Shown: piece by piece, positions 10,523 through 22,398 of the stretch
Layout of the letters: each line of letters begins with the position of its first letter
Numbering within the stretch: position 1 is the first letter of the stretch
Origin: Escherichia coli
GTDB lineage: Bacteria > Pseudomonadota > Gammaproteobacteria > Enterobacterales > Enterobacteriaceae
NCBI RefSeq assembly: GCF_002854065.1
Contig: NZ_CP024147.1
Strand: one strand, 5' to 3'
DNA: 64,000 bases
Made by a program: the position numbers and the translations under genes
Notes under the pieces: model-generated
Told to the model about the DNA's origin: nothing
Database searches by the model: none
The model's input: the letters and a program-made list of their open reading frames with translations, nothing else

Positions 10523-11329
10523 TTAATAACCCGCTTTATCAATCACAAAGGTTTTGCCACAGTTACCTGGGTGTGGTTGTGGCAAGAATGAGTTTGCAGA
10601 AAGCGGAGCGTTGATGGCGTCAGCTTTGATCGAGATCTGAATTTCAGTCAAATACGCAGGGTTACCCTGGCACGTTAGCTTAACTGCTTTCACGTTCTCT
10701 TTTCCCCAGCTTTTGGCAAAGGCGGCGTCAAAGTCACGGCGGCTCACTGTTTTACCGTAATTATCCGCAAGGAATTTTCCGGCTTCGCTCTCTTTAATTT
10801 CTTGATTCAGGCGTACCATCGTACCGAAGTATGCGTCCGGATCAAAACCAAAGCAGGCACCGTGTTTGGCATATTCGTAGCGTTCCAGGCAGGAACGTCC
10901 GCCAGCTCCTGGCATGACTTCACTTAGTTTAGCGGCCGTTTCCAGTGATAATCCGGTTTCCGGCGATGAACACATCCGGCTGGCGCGCGCTTCTGGTAGA
11001 TTCGGGATTGGGCGAGTAGCGCAACCGAAGCGCATCCAGCGGCGTTCATCAACACCACGGGCAGCGACCGATTTAGGCAATCCTGGCCACAGACCATGTA
11101 CGGTCAGAAAATCAGCTTTGTTGGTCGTTTCGGTTTGCAGGCGACATTCATCTCGTTCGTTACGATTTCGATCGTGTTGACTCTGGCAAAATCCGGTTTG
11201 CCAGGAGAGGGCCAGGACATAGCGATCAAAATCGCCATACTGTTTTGCCTGCAACGCTACGGCGTTGGCAGAAGAGAAGGGAAGCAGAGAAACCGCGAGC
11301 AACGCGGCGTTACGCCAGAATGCTTTCAT
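10523..11329 (-). CDS. rna: Periplasmic ribonuclease I (RNase T2 family)
   Basis: ORF 10523..11347; start taken at MKAFWRNAALLAVSLLPFSSANA (signal peptide) for 268 aa. Confidence 0.93.
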   Translation of the reverse strand: MKAFWRNAALLAVSLLPFSSANAVALQAKQYGDFDRYVLALSWQTGFCQSQHDRNRNERDECRLQTETTNKADFLTVHGLWPGLPKSVAARGVDERRWMRFGCATRPIPNLPEARASRMCSSPETGLSLETAAKLSEVMPGAGGRSCLERYEYAKHGACFGFDPDAYFGTMVRLNQEIKESEAGKFLADNYGKTVSRRDFDAAFAKSWGKENVKAVKLTCQGNPAYLTEIQISIKADAINAPLSANSFLPQPHPGNCGKTFVIDKAGY

Positions 11330-11377
11330 AATGGGTGTGGAACTCATACATACACTGAATACTATCTATTAAATCAT

Positions 11378-11411
11378 AAAAAAGCCCGCCAGGTGGGCTT
11401 ACCTGGCGGGC
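11378..11411 (-). terminator. Rho-independent terminator downstream of citT
   Basis: Perfect hairpin GCCCGCCAGGT-(loop)-ACCTGGCGGGC followed by a T6 run on the minus strand. Confidence 0.65.
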
Positions 11412-11442
11412 GTGATGATTTATTCAGCGTTTGGCGAACGTA

Positions 11443-12906
11443 TTAGTTCCACATGGCGAGAATCGGCCAGCCAACCAACAGCAGCATAGAGATGTAAATC
11501 ACCCCGAAGATTGCGCCAAGACGCCAGTAATCTTTTGATTTCACATAGCCACAGCCGTAAATAATCACCCCAGGACCGGTTGCATACGGCGTCAGACAGC
11601 CCATGATACCGATAGACAGCACCAGCAGGATACACAGTTGTTCCATTGGTACGCCCGGGATCCCTTTACCGACGGCCAGAATAACCGGCAGCATGGTTGC
11701 GGTGTGCGCAGACAGGCTGGCAAACAGGTAGTGTGCAAAGTAGAACACCAGAACCAGTACAATCACCGTTGCGTTTGGTGAGAATCCTTCCAGGTGCGTA
11801 CTCATGGTACCGGCGAACCAGTCAATAAAACCAGAACGAGTCAGGCCGTTAGCCATCACAACCAGAGTTGCCAGGTTGACCAGCGTGTTCCATGCGCTGT
11901 TATAGCGGGTAATGTCTTTCCACGGCACAACGTGCAGGGCCAGCATTAGCGAAACTGCCAGCAGACCAACCGCAGTAGCATTAATGACTTCACTGCCAAA
12001 TACCCACAAACCTAAGCTGAGCAATACAAGGCCAATCAGCGTCCACTCTCTGCGTGTCAGCACACCCATGGTTTTTAGTTCATCACCCGCCCAAGTTGCC
12101 ACTTCTTCACTGTGTGTGATTTCCGGTTTGTACAGCACGTAGGAAAGCCACGGCGCAATGATAAGCAAGATAACCCCAACCGGCAGGAAGCAGAGGAACC
12201 ACTGCAACCAGCTAATCTGGATACCGGCAATTTTGCTGACGAACTCCAGACCCAGCACGTTTGGTGCCGCACCGGTGACAAACATGGACGAACTCAGACT
12301 GGTACTAATGACCATCATCCACATCAAATAGCCGCCAATACGACGCGCGGACGGATCGTTCGGGAATGATTTAAACAGCGGCGGCAGGTTTTTAATGACC
12401 GGAAAAACCGTACCCCCGGTACGCGCGGTGTTGGACGGTGTAAACGGTGCCAGCAGAATGTCGATAATGACAATCGCATAACCCAACGTCAGCGTGCGTT
12501 TGCCCATGAATTTCACCAGGAAAAGGGCAATGCGACGACCTAACCCGGAAACTTCATACCCTAATGCAAAAATAAATGCGCCAAATACCAGCCATACCGT
12601 GGTGCTGGAAAAACCAGCCAGACCCCATTTCAGCGCCTGTTTTTGCGCATTAAACGCTGGGTCAGCTAATTCTTTGGCATCAAAGAGCAGGTAATTACTG
12701 CCAATAACGCAAATAGTAACCGCAATAAAACTGATCGCTGTTGCCGGAATTGGCTCGAGGATCATGCCGACAATCATTGCCACAAACACAGCGAAGTAAT
12801 GCCATGCCTGCGGCGGCATACCGTCGGGGACAGGGATAAGAAACATGACGCCCATCACCACCAGTGGGGCCAATAGTTTCCATATATTATCTTTTGCTAA
12901 AGACAT
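11443..12906 (-). CDS. citT: Citrate:succinate antiporter (DASS family)
   Basis: 487-aa polytopic membrane ORF matching CitT. Confidence 0.95.
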   Translation of the reverse strand: MSLAKDNIWKLLAPLVVMGVMFLIPVPDGMPPQAWHYFAVFVAMIVGMILEPIPATAISFIAVTICVIGSNYLLFDAKELADPAFNAQKQALKWGLAGFSSTTVWLVFGAFIFALGYEVSGLGRRIALFLVKFMGKRTLTLGYAIVIIDILLAPFTPSNTARTGGTVFPVIKNLPPLFKSFPNDPSARRIGGYLMWMMVISTSLSSSMFVTGAAPNVLGLEFVSKIAGIQISWLQWFLCFLPVGVILLIIAPWLSYVLYKPEITHSEEVATWAGDELKTMGVLTRREWTLIGLVLLSLGLWVFGSEVINATAVGLLAVSLMLALHVVPWKDITRYNSAWNTLVNLATLVVMANGLTRSGFIDWFAGTMSTHLEGFSPNATVIVLVLVFYFAHYLFASLSAHTATMLPVILAVGKGIPGVPMEQLCILLVLSIGIMGCLTPYATGPGVIIYGCGYVKSKDYWRLGAIFGVIYISMLLLVGWPILAMWN

Positions 12907-12956
12907 ACGGGTTCTCCGAAAATTAATATTTCAAAATTTATCAAGTGCTTAAATAA

Positions 12957-14361
<1,405 letters not shown>

Positions 14362-14364
14362 GGC

Positions 14365-15897
14365 TTATTCCTTCACCTGATGCACAACATCGATCACCGA
14401 GCCATCGCGGTAACGCACAACGGCAACGACGCGGTCGGTGAATTCAATCGGCTGTGGTTCACCGGTCAACAGACGCGCACGTTCGCGCAGCCACTCAATG
14501 GAAACCACTTTAATGCCCGCTTCCTGCAGACGTTCTGCCAGTTCCGGACGTGCCGGGTTAACTGCGATACCGTGGTCTGTGACCAGAATATCGACACTGG
14601 AGCCTGGGGTGATGCAGGTCAGCACGTTATCCACCAGAGTCGGAATACGACCACGTACCAGCGGCGCGACGATGATGGAAAGCGCAGAGGCAATCGCGGT
14701 ATCGCAGTGACCACCGGAAGCACCACGCAGTACGCCGTCAGAGCCGGTCAGCACGTTAACGTTGAACTGGGTGTCAATTTCCAGCGCGCTCAGTACCACC
14801 ACGTCGAGACGATCAACCGATGCGCCTTTCGATCCCCAGTTAGCGTACTGGTTGGCGCTGATTTCGATGTGATTGGGGTTACGGGCCAGCGATTGCGCAG
14901 CATGGCTGTCAAAGCTCTGCACATCCAGCAGTTTGCGGATCAGACCTTTTTCGTGCAGGTCAACCATCGTCGCGGTAATACCGCCAAGGGCGAAGTCGGC
15001 GCGAATATCGCGGCTACGCATTTTGTCTTCCAGGAAACGGGTTACCGCCAGCGATGCGCCGCCGGTGCCGGTTTGCATGGAGAAACCTTCTTTGAAGTAG
15101 CCAGAGTTGACAATCACATCCGCAGCGCTACGGGCAATAAGCAGTTCGCGCGGGTTAGTGGTCATACGGGTCGCGCCAGCGCCGATTTTTGCAGCATCGC
15201 CAACGCGATCAACTTTGACGATCAAATCAACCTGATCTTGCTCAATGCTTGCCGGATTATGCGGATAAGGCAGCAGTTCTTCGGCAAGCATCACAACCTG
15301 TTTTGCGTTGTCGGCATCAACCATTGCATAGCCGAGGGAGCCGCAGCAGGCTTTACCGGTGTAGCCGTTGGCATTACCGAATTCATCACAGGACGGGACG
15401 CCGAGGAAAGCCACGTCGATATTCAGTTCGCCGCTCTGTACCAGATGCACACGATCGCCGTGAGAGTGGATCTGCACCGGTTCTGCCAGCAGACCACGGG
15501 AGATCTCTTCCGCCAGTGGACCACGCAGGCCGGAGGTATAAATGCGGGTAACCACGCCCTGGCGAATGTGTTCTACCAGCGGCGCATGGCAATCACTCAG
15601 GGAGCTGGATGCCAGGGTCAGGTTTTTAAAGCCCATCTTCGCGATGACGTCCATCACCATATTGACGGTCAGGTCACCGCCACGGAAAGCGTGATGGAAG
15701 GAAACCGTCATGCCGTCCTGTAAACCTGAGCGACGAATCGCTTCTTCCAGGTTGGCGCACAGTTTGCGATCGCGCGCTTTTTCAGCCTGGTAGGTTTGCT
15801 TTGGCGAGTTCTGGAAAGCGGCAAGATCGCATTCAGCGCGACGATTCCAGGCCGCTACCCGTTCTTGTCGTTGAGATTGTTCAATTTTCTGCGTCAT
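14365..15897 (-). CDS. citF: Citrate lyase alpha subunit (citrate CoA-transferase)
   Basis: ORF 14365..15939; start set at MTQKIEQSQ for 510 aa. Confidence 0.93.
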   Translation of the reverse strand: MTQKIEQSQRQERVAAWNRRAECDLAAFQNSPKQTYQAEKARDRKLCANLEEAIRRSGLQDGMTVSFHHAFRGGDLTVNMVMDVIAKMGFKNLTLASSSLSDCHAPLVEHIRQGVVTRIYTSGLRGPLAEEISRGLLAEPVQIHSHGDRVHLVQSGELNIDVAFLGVPSCDEFGNANGYTGKACCGSLGYAMVDADNAKQVVMLAEELLPYPHNPASIEQDQVDLIVKVDRVGDAAKIGAGATRMTTNPRELLIARSAADVIVNSGYFKEGFSMQTGTGGASLAVTRFLEDKMRSRDIRADFALGGITATMVDLHEKGLIRKLLDVQSFDSHAAQSLARNPNHIEISANQYANWGSKGASVDRLDVVVLSALEIDTQFNVNVLTGSDGVLRGASGGHCDTAIASALSIIVAPLVRGRIPTLVDNVLTCITPGSSVDILVTDHGIAVNPARPELAERLQEAGIKVVSIEWLRERARLLTGEPQPIEFTDRVVAVVRYRDGSVIDVVHQVKE

Positions 15898-15907
15898 TTT
15901 GATTGCC

Positions 15908-16816
15908 TTATTCTTCGCGAATGCCGGAAAGTTCTGCACGGGAGAGCACCAGACGGGCGCGATCGATAACCGGACCGTCCACCATCTTGCCGTTCAGGGA
16001 AACCACGCCGAGGCCTTCGCGAGCGGCGGCTTCAGCGGCTTCTACGACGCGGCGGGCGTGATCCACTTCTTTCTGGGGCGGTGCGTAGAGGTTGTGCAGC
16101 AGATCAATCTGACGCGGGTTGATCAGCGATTTGCCGTCAAAGCCCAGCTGTTTGATGTGGGCGGCTTCTTGCAGGAATCCGGCTTCGTTGTTAGCGTCGG
16201 AATAGACGGTATCGAACGCCTGAATACCCGCAGAGCGCGCGGCCTGCAAAATGGAACAGCGTGCGAACAGCAGTTCAGTTCCTTCCGGGGAGCGTTCTGT
16301 ACGCAGGTTGCGCACATAGTCTTCTGCACCGAGGGCGATACCGATCAAACGCTCGGAAGCGTGAGCGATTTCCACTGCGCGGGTAATGCCCAGCGGAGAT
16401 TCAATCGCTGCCAGCAGGCCGGTGCTGCCGGGTTCACGACCACAGGCTTTTTCGATGCGCAGGATCTCTTTTTCGATATCCAGAACATCCTGAGCGGTAT
16501 CGGTTTTCGGCAGACGCACAACGTCCGCACCACCGCGAACGACGGCTTCCAGGTCGTTAACACCCCATTCGGAATCCAGCGCGTTGACACGCACAATGGT
16601 TTCAATATCGCGATACAGCGGATGTTGCAGCGCGTGATAAACCATGCGGCGGGCGGTGTCTTTTTCACGTAATGCCACGGAGTCTTCGAGGTCAAACATC
16701 AGGGCATCTGCCGGGTAGATGAAGGAGTTGCTGACCATCGCGGCATTGGCACCAGGCACAAACAACATGCTGCGGCGGGTGCGAGTTTTACGTTGTTGCA
16801 GCGAAGCGGAAATCAT
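15908..16816 (-). CDS. citE: Citrate lyase beta subunit (citryl-CoA lyase)
   Basis: ORF 15908..16831; start set at [10 protein letters not shown] for 302 aa; ATGA overlap with the citD stop. Confidence 0.93.
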
Positions 16817-17109
16817 TGGCAATCCTCCCATGGCAGAGCCGGGATACCGCTGGCGCGTGCCAGCAGGGCTTCCAGTCGTGCACGTAAAATGCAGTCCAGT
16901 GCGCCTTTGTCATCGACATTCAGCTGTACGCCGCGCACGTTGTAGCGGGCGAGAACGTCCAGAATGGTGGTGCGAATTGCATCGCCAAACTGTTTCTCAA
17001 CGCTGCTATTGATTTGCAGGTCGATATCCTGCGTATCGAGTGGGGCGATGCGTATCATCACATCCCCAGACTCAAGGGTGCCTGCAACGGCGGGCTGGTT
17101 TATTTTCAT
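16813..17109 (-). CDS. citD: Citrate lyase acyl carrier protein (gamma subunit)
   Basis: 98-aa ORF. Confidence 0.93.
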
Positions 17110-17123
17110 TTTTCACCTGTTTC

Positions 17124-18182
17124 TCATGCGGGGGTCTTTTGACGAGCTGCCGCGTCCTGGCGGGAGTGCTCAAGCAGGTTCTGCAAATAATGCAGCGTGA
17201 CTGCAGGGACCAGCGGCGCGATAGCCGTGAGATCGTTTTTCGCCAGCAGTTGACGTACCCGGGAAGCGGATATCGGCATCTCCTGGTAACGCAGCCGCTC
17301 AATTTCAACCAGTTCGATGGGCGGTGCGGAGATAGTCGGCGTTTCCAGCCAGTAGCGCATATCCTGGTTGTACTGGGCGGTAACGCGACAAAAGGGTTCA
17401 GTACCGACAAAGCGGTGAGTTACACCCAGCGCGGGAGCGAGGTACTGACGGAAAATCTTCAGATCAATTTCGGTGTAACAATGGTTAATGACGCTCTGTT
17501 CTTTAATGAAGTAGCAAGGGAACGTAGCGCGGGAGATGATGTATTCGGAGCCGCGATGCACAGTCAGGCGTGGAATATCGGCGGTGCCTTTTAACACCAG
17601 ATCCAGCCGGTCTTCATAGGGGAAGCGTGAAGAATCTTCTTTGACTAAAAACAGATGCAACCAGTCGCACTGTGCCGCAGCTTGTTGAATCAGATAACGG
17701 TGACCCTTCGTAAAGGGATTGGCGTTCATCACAATGCAGCCAATCTTGTTCCCGGGATGACGAAATTTTTTCAGCGATTCGGCATAGCGTTTCAATCGCG
17801 TGGCGCTGTTTTCCATCAGCACCATCACGCCTGGTACGCTGGTCAACGTGGAAAAACCGCACTGGCGGAACAGCGCCTCGTATTCGGTTTTGGTATAAAT
17901 AAACAGATGCGTGCTGTGCCGCTCATAGGCGAGGTTTATCAGTTCAGTGGCTAATGTCAGCGCCAGTCCTTCACCGCGAACGGATTCACTGATAGCAACG
18001 CATTTAATAATATTTCCGGCAATTCCACCGCACGCGATAAGCTTTTCATCGCGGGTTACGGTAATAAATACTTCGACTGTGGTGTCAACGCTCAAATCAT
18101 TTTCATGCAGGAATTGGGCGATTTTCGCCATTTTTTTATTTTCTGAACGTTTTACGCGGGTGAAAATATCATTGCCGAACAT
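17124..18182 (-). CDS. citC: [Citrate (pro-3S)-lyase] ligase
   Basis: ORF 17124..18269; start set at the ATG at 18182 (MFGNDIFTRVKRSENKK) for 352 aa. Confidence 0.9.
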   Translation of the reverse strand: MFGNDIFTRVKRSENKKMAKIAQFLHENDLSVDTTVEVFITVTRDEKLIACGGIAGNIIKCVAISESVRGEGLALTLATELINLAYERHSTHLFIYTKTEYEALFRQCGFSTLTSVPGVMVLMENSATRLKRYAESLKKFRHPGNKIGCIVMNANPFTKGHRYLIQQAAAQCDWLHLFLVKEDSSRFPYEDRLDLVLKGTADIPRLTVHRGSEYIISRATFPCYFIKEQSVINHCYTEIDLKIFRQYLAPALGVTHRFVGTEPFCRVTAQYNQDMRYWLETPTISAPPIELVEIERLRYQEMPISASRVRQLLAKNDLTAIAPLVPAVTLHYLQNLLEHSRQDAAARQKTPA

Positions 18183-18269
18183 AATAAATAGTATCCTGAA
18201 GGTGCATGTTGTTATCGATTTGCAACGAATGTTGTTCAATGTTGCAAACTGATAACCTTTTATTTTCAC

Positions 18270-18561
18270 TTGGGAGAAAGGGGGGTGATCGAGGTATATC
18301 TTTTTCTCCTTTCGCTATACATCCTAAGGAGTATTTTGGCGTGAAATTTTGATTTATTTCACATAGAGTTAGTGGTTTTTTATTTATTTAATAGTTTTAA
18401 GTTTTTTAATTAATGTAATTACGAAATGACCCGCAGGTTTAATTGATTTAATTGATTTAATGAATGAAATTTGCCACGATTATAATTAATATCTATGTAT
18501 TTTGATTCAACATTTTAATTACATCCGTCAAAGAGGATCGGGACAACCCGCAAGGAAAACA
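18270..18561. promoter_or_regulatory. Divergent citC / dpiB control region, AT-rich with direct and inverted repeats
   Basis: About 290 bp of very AT-rich intergenic DNA containing three tandem 9-mers (TTAATTGAT, TTAATTGAT, TTAATGAAT at 18439-18465) and an inverted repeat GTGAAAT..ATTTCAC at 18341-18362. Confidence 0.5.
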
Positions 18562-20220
18562 ATGTTGCAGCTTAACGAGAATAAACAGTTTGCATTTTTC
18601 CAAAGACTGGCATTTCCGCTGCGTATCTTTTTGCTGATTCTGGTGTTCTCAATATTTGTCATTGCAGCCCTGGCGCAATATTTTACGGCCAGTTTTGAGG
18701 ACTATTTAACGCTTCATGTACGCGACATGGCAATGAATCAGGCGAAAATTATTGCTTCTAATGACAGTATCATCAGCGCAGTAAAAACGCGTGACTACAA
18801 ACGGCTGGCGACCATCGCTAACAAATTACAAAGAGATACCGATTTTGATTATGTGGTGATTGGCGACCGGCACTCGATCCGCCTTTACCATCCTAATCCG
18901 GAGAAAATTGGTTATCCTATGCAGTTCACCAAACAGGGCGCGCTGGAGAAAGGGGAGAGCTACTTCATTACCGGGAAAGGGTCAATGGGTATGGCGATGC
19001 GCGCCAAAACGCCAATCTTTGATGACGATGGAAAAGTCATCGGCGTGGTGTCGATTGGCTACCTGGTGAGTAAAATCGATAGCTGGCGGGCTGAGTTTTT
19101 ATTACCGATGGCAGGTGTGTTTGTCGTGCTGTTAGGGATTCTGATGTTGCTGTCGTGGTTCCTGGCCGCGCATATCCGTCGGCAGATGATGGGCATGGAG
19201 CCAAAGCAAATCGCACGCGTGGTCCGTCAGCAAGAGGCGCTGTTTAGTTCGGTTTATGAAGGGCTGATTGCGGTGGATCCGCACGGTTACATTACCGCCA
19301 TCAATCGTAACGCAAGAAAGATGCTGGGGCTGAGTTCCCCCGGACGGCAATGGTTGGGTAAACCCATTGCTGAAGTGGTCAGGCCCGCCGATTTCTTTAC
19401 CGAACAGATTGATGAAAAACGTCAGGATGTGGTGGCTAACTTTAACGGTCTGAGCGTTATTGCCAATCGGGAAGCTATTCGTTCAGGTGATGATTTGCTG
19501 GGGGCCATTATCAGCTTTCGTAGTAAAGACGAAATTTCCACCCTCAATGCGCAACTGACGCAAATAAAACAATACGTCGAGAGCCTTCGTACATTGCGAC
19601 ACGAGCATCTCAATTGGATGTCGACGCTCAATGGTCTGTTGCAGATGAAAGAGTATGATCGCGTGCTGGCGATGGTGCAGGGGGAGTCTCAGGCCCAGCA
19701 ACAGCTTATTGACAGTCTGCGCGAGGCGTTTGCCGATCGCCAGGTGGCGGGGCTGCTTTTTGGTAAAGTGCAGCGCGCCCGCGAACTGGGGCTAAAAATG
19801 ATCATCGTCCCCGGTAGCCAGCTTTCGCAACTGCCGCCAGGACTGGATAGCACCGAGTTTGCCGCCATTGTTGGCAATTTACTTGATAACGCCTTCGAAG
19901 CCAGCCTGCGTAGCGATGAAGGAAACAAGATCGTTGAATTATTCCTCAGCGATGAAGGCGATGATGTGGTGATTGAAGTCACCGATCAGGGCTGCGGCGT
20001 TCCAGAGTCTCTACGAGACAAAATATTTGAGCAGGGGGTCAGTACGCGTGCTGACGAGCCCGGTGAACATGGCATTGGGTTGTACTTGATTGCCAGCTAC
20101 GTAACGCGCTGCGGTGGTGTTATCACTCTCGAAGATAATGATCCCTGCGGTACCTTATTTTCAATCTATATTCCGAAAGTGAAACCTAATGACAGCTCCA
20201 TTAACCCTATTGATCGTTGA
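18562..20220 (+). CDS. dpiB: Citrate-sensing histidine kinase
   Basis: ORF 18502..20220; start set at MLQLNENKQF for 552 aa; two TM segments, PAS and HATPase regions. Confidence 0.92.
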   Translation: MLQLNENKQFAFFQRLAFPLRIFLLILVFSIFVIAALAQYFTASFEDYLTLHVRDMAMNQAKIIASNDSIISAVKTRDYKRLATIANKLQRDTDFDYVVIGDRHSIRLYHPNPEKIGYPMQFTKQGALEKGESYFITGKGSMGMAMRAKTPIFDDDGKVIGVVSIGYLVSKIDSWRAEFLLPMAGVFVVLLGILMLLSWFLAAHIRRQMMGMEPKQIARVVRQQEALFSSVYEGLIAVDPHGYITAINRNARKMLGLSSPGRQWLGKPIAEVVRPADFFTEQIDEKRQDVVANFNGLSVIANREAIRSGDDLLGAIISFRSKDEISTLNAQLTQIKQYVESLRTLRHEHLNWMSTLNGLLQMKEYDRVLAMVQGESQAQQQLIDSLREAFADRQVAGLLFGKVQRARELGLKMIIVPGSQLSQLPPGLDSTEFAAIVGNLLDNAFEASLRSDEGNKIVELFLSDEGDDVVIEVTDQGCGVPESLRDKIFEQGVSTRADEPGEHGIGLYLIASYVTRCGGVITLEDNDPCGTLFSIYIPKVKPNDSSINPIDR

Positions 20221-20869
20221 GGACGAAACGCCGCTGGCAGAGATGCATGCGGAATATATTCGTCACATTCCCGGATTCAGTCAGATATTACTGGCGGGAA
20301 ACCTGGCGCAGGCCCGAATGATGATCGAGCGTTTTAAGCCGGGGCTAATCTTGCTCGATAACTATCTTCCTGACGGTAGAGGGATTAATTTATTGCATGA
20401 ACTGGTGCAGGCGCATTATCCCGGCGACGTGGTGTTTACCACTGCAGCCAGCGATATGGAAACGGTGTCTGAAGCCGTACGTTGTGGTGTATTTGATTAT
20501 CTCATTAAGCCAATTGCCTATGAACGGCTGGGGCAAACGCTAACCCGTTTCCGCCAGCGTAAACATATGCTGGAAAGTATTGATAGCGCCAGCCAGAAGC
20601 AAATTGATGAGATGTTTAATGCTTATGCTCGCGGTGAACCTAAGGACGAGCTACCGACCGGCATTGACCCCTTGACGCTAAACGCGGTGCGAAAACTGTT
20701 CAAAGAGCCGGGTGTGCAACATACGGCAGAAACGGTGGCGCAGGCACTGACCATCAGTCGCACCACTGCCAGGCGTTATCTTGAATATTGCGCCAGCCGC
20801 CATCTGATTATTGCTGAAATTGTTCACGGCAAAGTTGGCAGACCGCAACGCATATACCACAGTGGGTGA
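20189..20869 (+). CDS. dpiA: Response regulator of the citrate two-component system
   Basis: 226-aa ORF overlapping the dpiB 3' end, with a receiver domain (LLDNYLPDG). Confidence 0.93.
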   Translation: MTAPLTLLIVEDETPLAEMHAEYIRHIPGFSQILLAGNLAQARMMIERFKPGLILLDNYLPDGRGINLLHELVQAHYPGDVVFTTAASDMETVSEAVRCGVFDYLIKPIAYERLGQTLTRFRQRKHMLESIDSASQKQIDEMFNAYARGEPKDELPTGIDPLTLNAVRKLFKEPGVQHTAETVAQALTISRTTARRYLEYCASRHLIIAEIVHGKVGRPQRIYHSG

Positions 20870-20909
20870 CATGATAAAGCCGGAGGAAACTTGCCTCCGG
20901 CATTACTAT

Positions 20910-22295
20910 TTACTTGCCTGTGACCGCTGCTGCTGTTCCTGGCACCATCAGCTCTGTAGCAACGATAACAATCACCAGCCCAACAAGCACCGGCACCGAG
21001 GTGCGTTTTACGACTTCAAATGGTGAGATTTTCGCCATCCCGGCAACCGCAACGACTACGCCAGAAACGGGCGAAAGGGTACGGCCGAGGTTTGACGCCT
21101 GCAGCATCGGGATAGTCAAATACGCCGGGTTAATGCCGGAAGAGTGCGCCAGTTTCGGGATCATCTCAACAAACGCATAAAACGGCGCATTGCCTGAACC
21201 GGTCGTGACTGCCGCCAGCATTGTCAGAATCACCAATACCAGCATCAGGATGATACTCGCCGAACCAAACGAGGTAGCGATAGAAATCAGACTTTGAATA
21301 AAGCCGATGGTGCTAAGCCCCTGAGCGAATACCCCAGCGGCAACCAGCAGCATCACCACGTTAGCAAACGCATCTGCCATCCCGCGATAAGCCACTTCCA
21401 GACCAGAGAAAACTTTCTGGGTATTAAAGCTGCGGAGGAACTCCAGAATGGAGGCAATCAGCATACAAATCACCAGAATAGTGATGATGTGTAATTGCGG
21501 ACCCCATTTACCGTCAAAAATCAGTACACCGATGATCGGCGTGAACGGCAAAATGGCATAAAACGCAGGAGCAGTGGTGGTGATTTCACTGACATCTAAC
21601 ATTTCATGAGAGATGTGCTCTTTTTTATCCAGATAACGTTGCCAGAAGAAGTGGGCGATCGCCATGCCGATAATTGCAGCAATTGAGATAGGCAGCGTCG
21701 TTTTGAAGGCGAAGTCAATCAGCGACATTTCGGAAGCTTGCGCCGCCAGCACCACATCCCCTGAAGTCGGTGCGAGAATAATCGCCGCCGGGGAGGCACA
21801 AATGGCAGCTGCTGCCCCACGACTGATACCAACGTTTACCATCACCGGAAACAGGGTTGCCATCAGCAAAACACCCAGACCGGTTGCGGAAGAGACGGCC
21901 AGTGACATCAGACAGGCAACAAAATAGGCGGCAATCATCAGCAGGTAGGGGGAGTTAATATACTGCAATGGTTTTGACGCCAGCTTGACCACCATATCAT
22001 TCGCGCCGATATGGGTCATGTAAGCGGCAAAGCCACACAGCATCATAATCATCATGCCGAGGTCGCCGCCGCGGCTCATTAGCAATATTTTAACGTATTC
22101 AACGATATCCGTGGCGCTGTAGCCTGTTGAAGCTTGGCTGGACGGTAACACTTTGTGCCCCATAATGGCACTGATAATCAGCAATAACAGGCCACCGACA
22201 AATAACACACCAGTGGCGGAATACCCTTTAATGATGTAGCGAGCTACACCCACAATAACCACAACCCCAATAAGGAGTTCAATGAATGTCAGCAT
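20910..22295 (-). CDS. dcuC: Anaerobic C4-dicarboxylate transporter
   Basis: 461-aa polytopic membrane ORF. Confidence 0.93.
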   Translation of the reverse strand: MLTFIELLIGVVVIVGVARYIIKGYSATGVLFVGGLLLLIISAIMGHKVLPSSQASTGYSATDIVEYVKILLMSRGGDLGMMIMMLCGFAAYMTHIGANDMVVKLASKPLQYINSPYLLMIAAYFVACLMSLAVSSATGLGVLLMATLFPVMVNVGISRGAAAAICASPAAIILAPTSGDVVLAAQASEMSLIDFAFKTTLPISIAAIIGMAIAHFFWQRYLDKKEHISHEMLDVSEITTTAPAFYAILPFTPIIGVLIFDGKWGPQLHIITILVICMLIASILEFLRSFNTQKVFSGLEVAYRGMADAFANVVMLLVAAGVFAQGLSTIGFIQSLISIATSFGSASIILMLVLVILTMLAAVTTGSGNAPFYAFVEMIPKLAHSSGINPAYLTIPMLQASNLGRTLSPVSGVVVAVAGMAKISPFEVVKRTSVPVLVGLVIVIVATELMVPGTAAAVTGK

Positions 22296-22384
22296 AATTT
22301 TTCCTGTCTCCAGGCCCCAAAGTAAATAATAAAAAATTCCTAAAGCTTAAGGAAAAAATATGCCCAATAAATTGGCGGTGGATG

Positions 22385-22398
22385 CTGATTAAAATCAA
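22385..22398. promoter_or_regulatory. Putative FNR box upstream of dcuC (cTGAT-TAAA-ATCAA)
   Basis: Near-consensus TTGAT-N4-ATCAA palindrome with one mismatch, centred about 96 bp upstream of the dcuC start. Confidence 0.4.
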
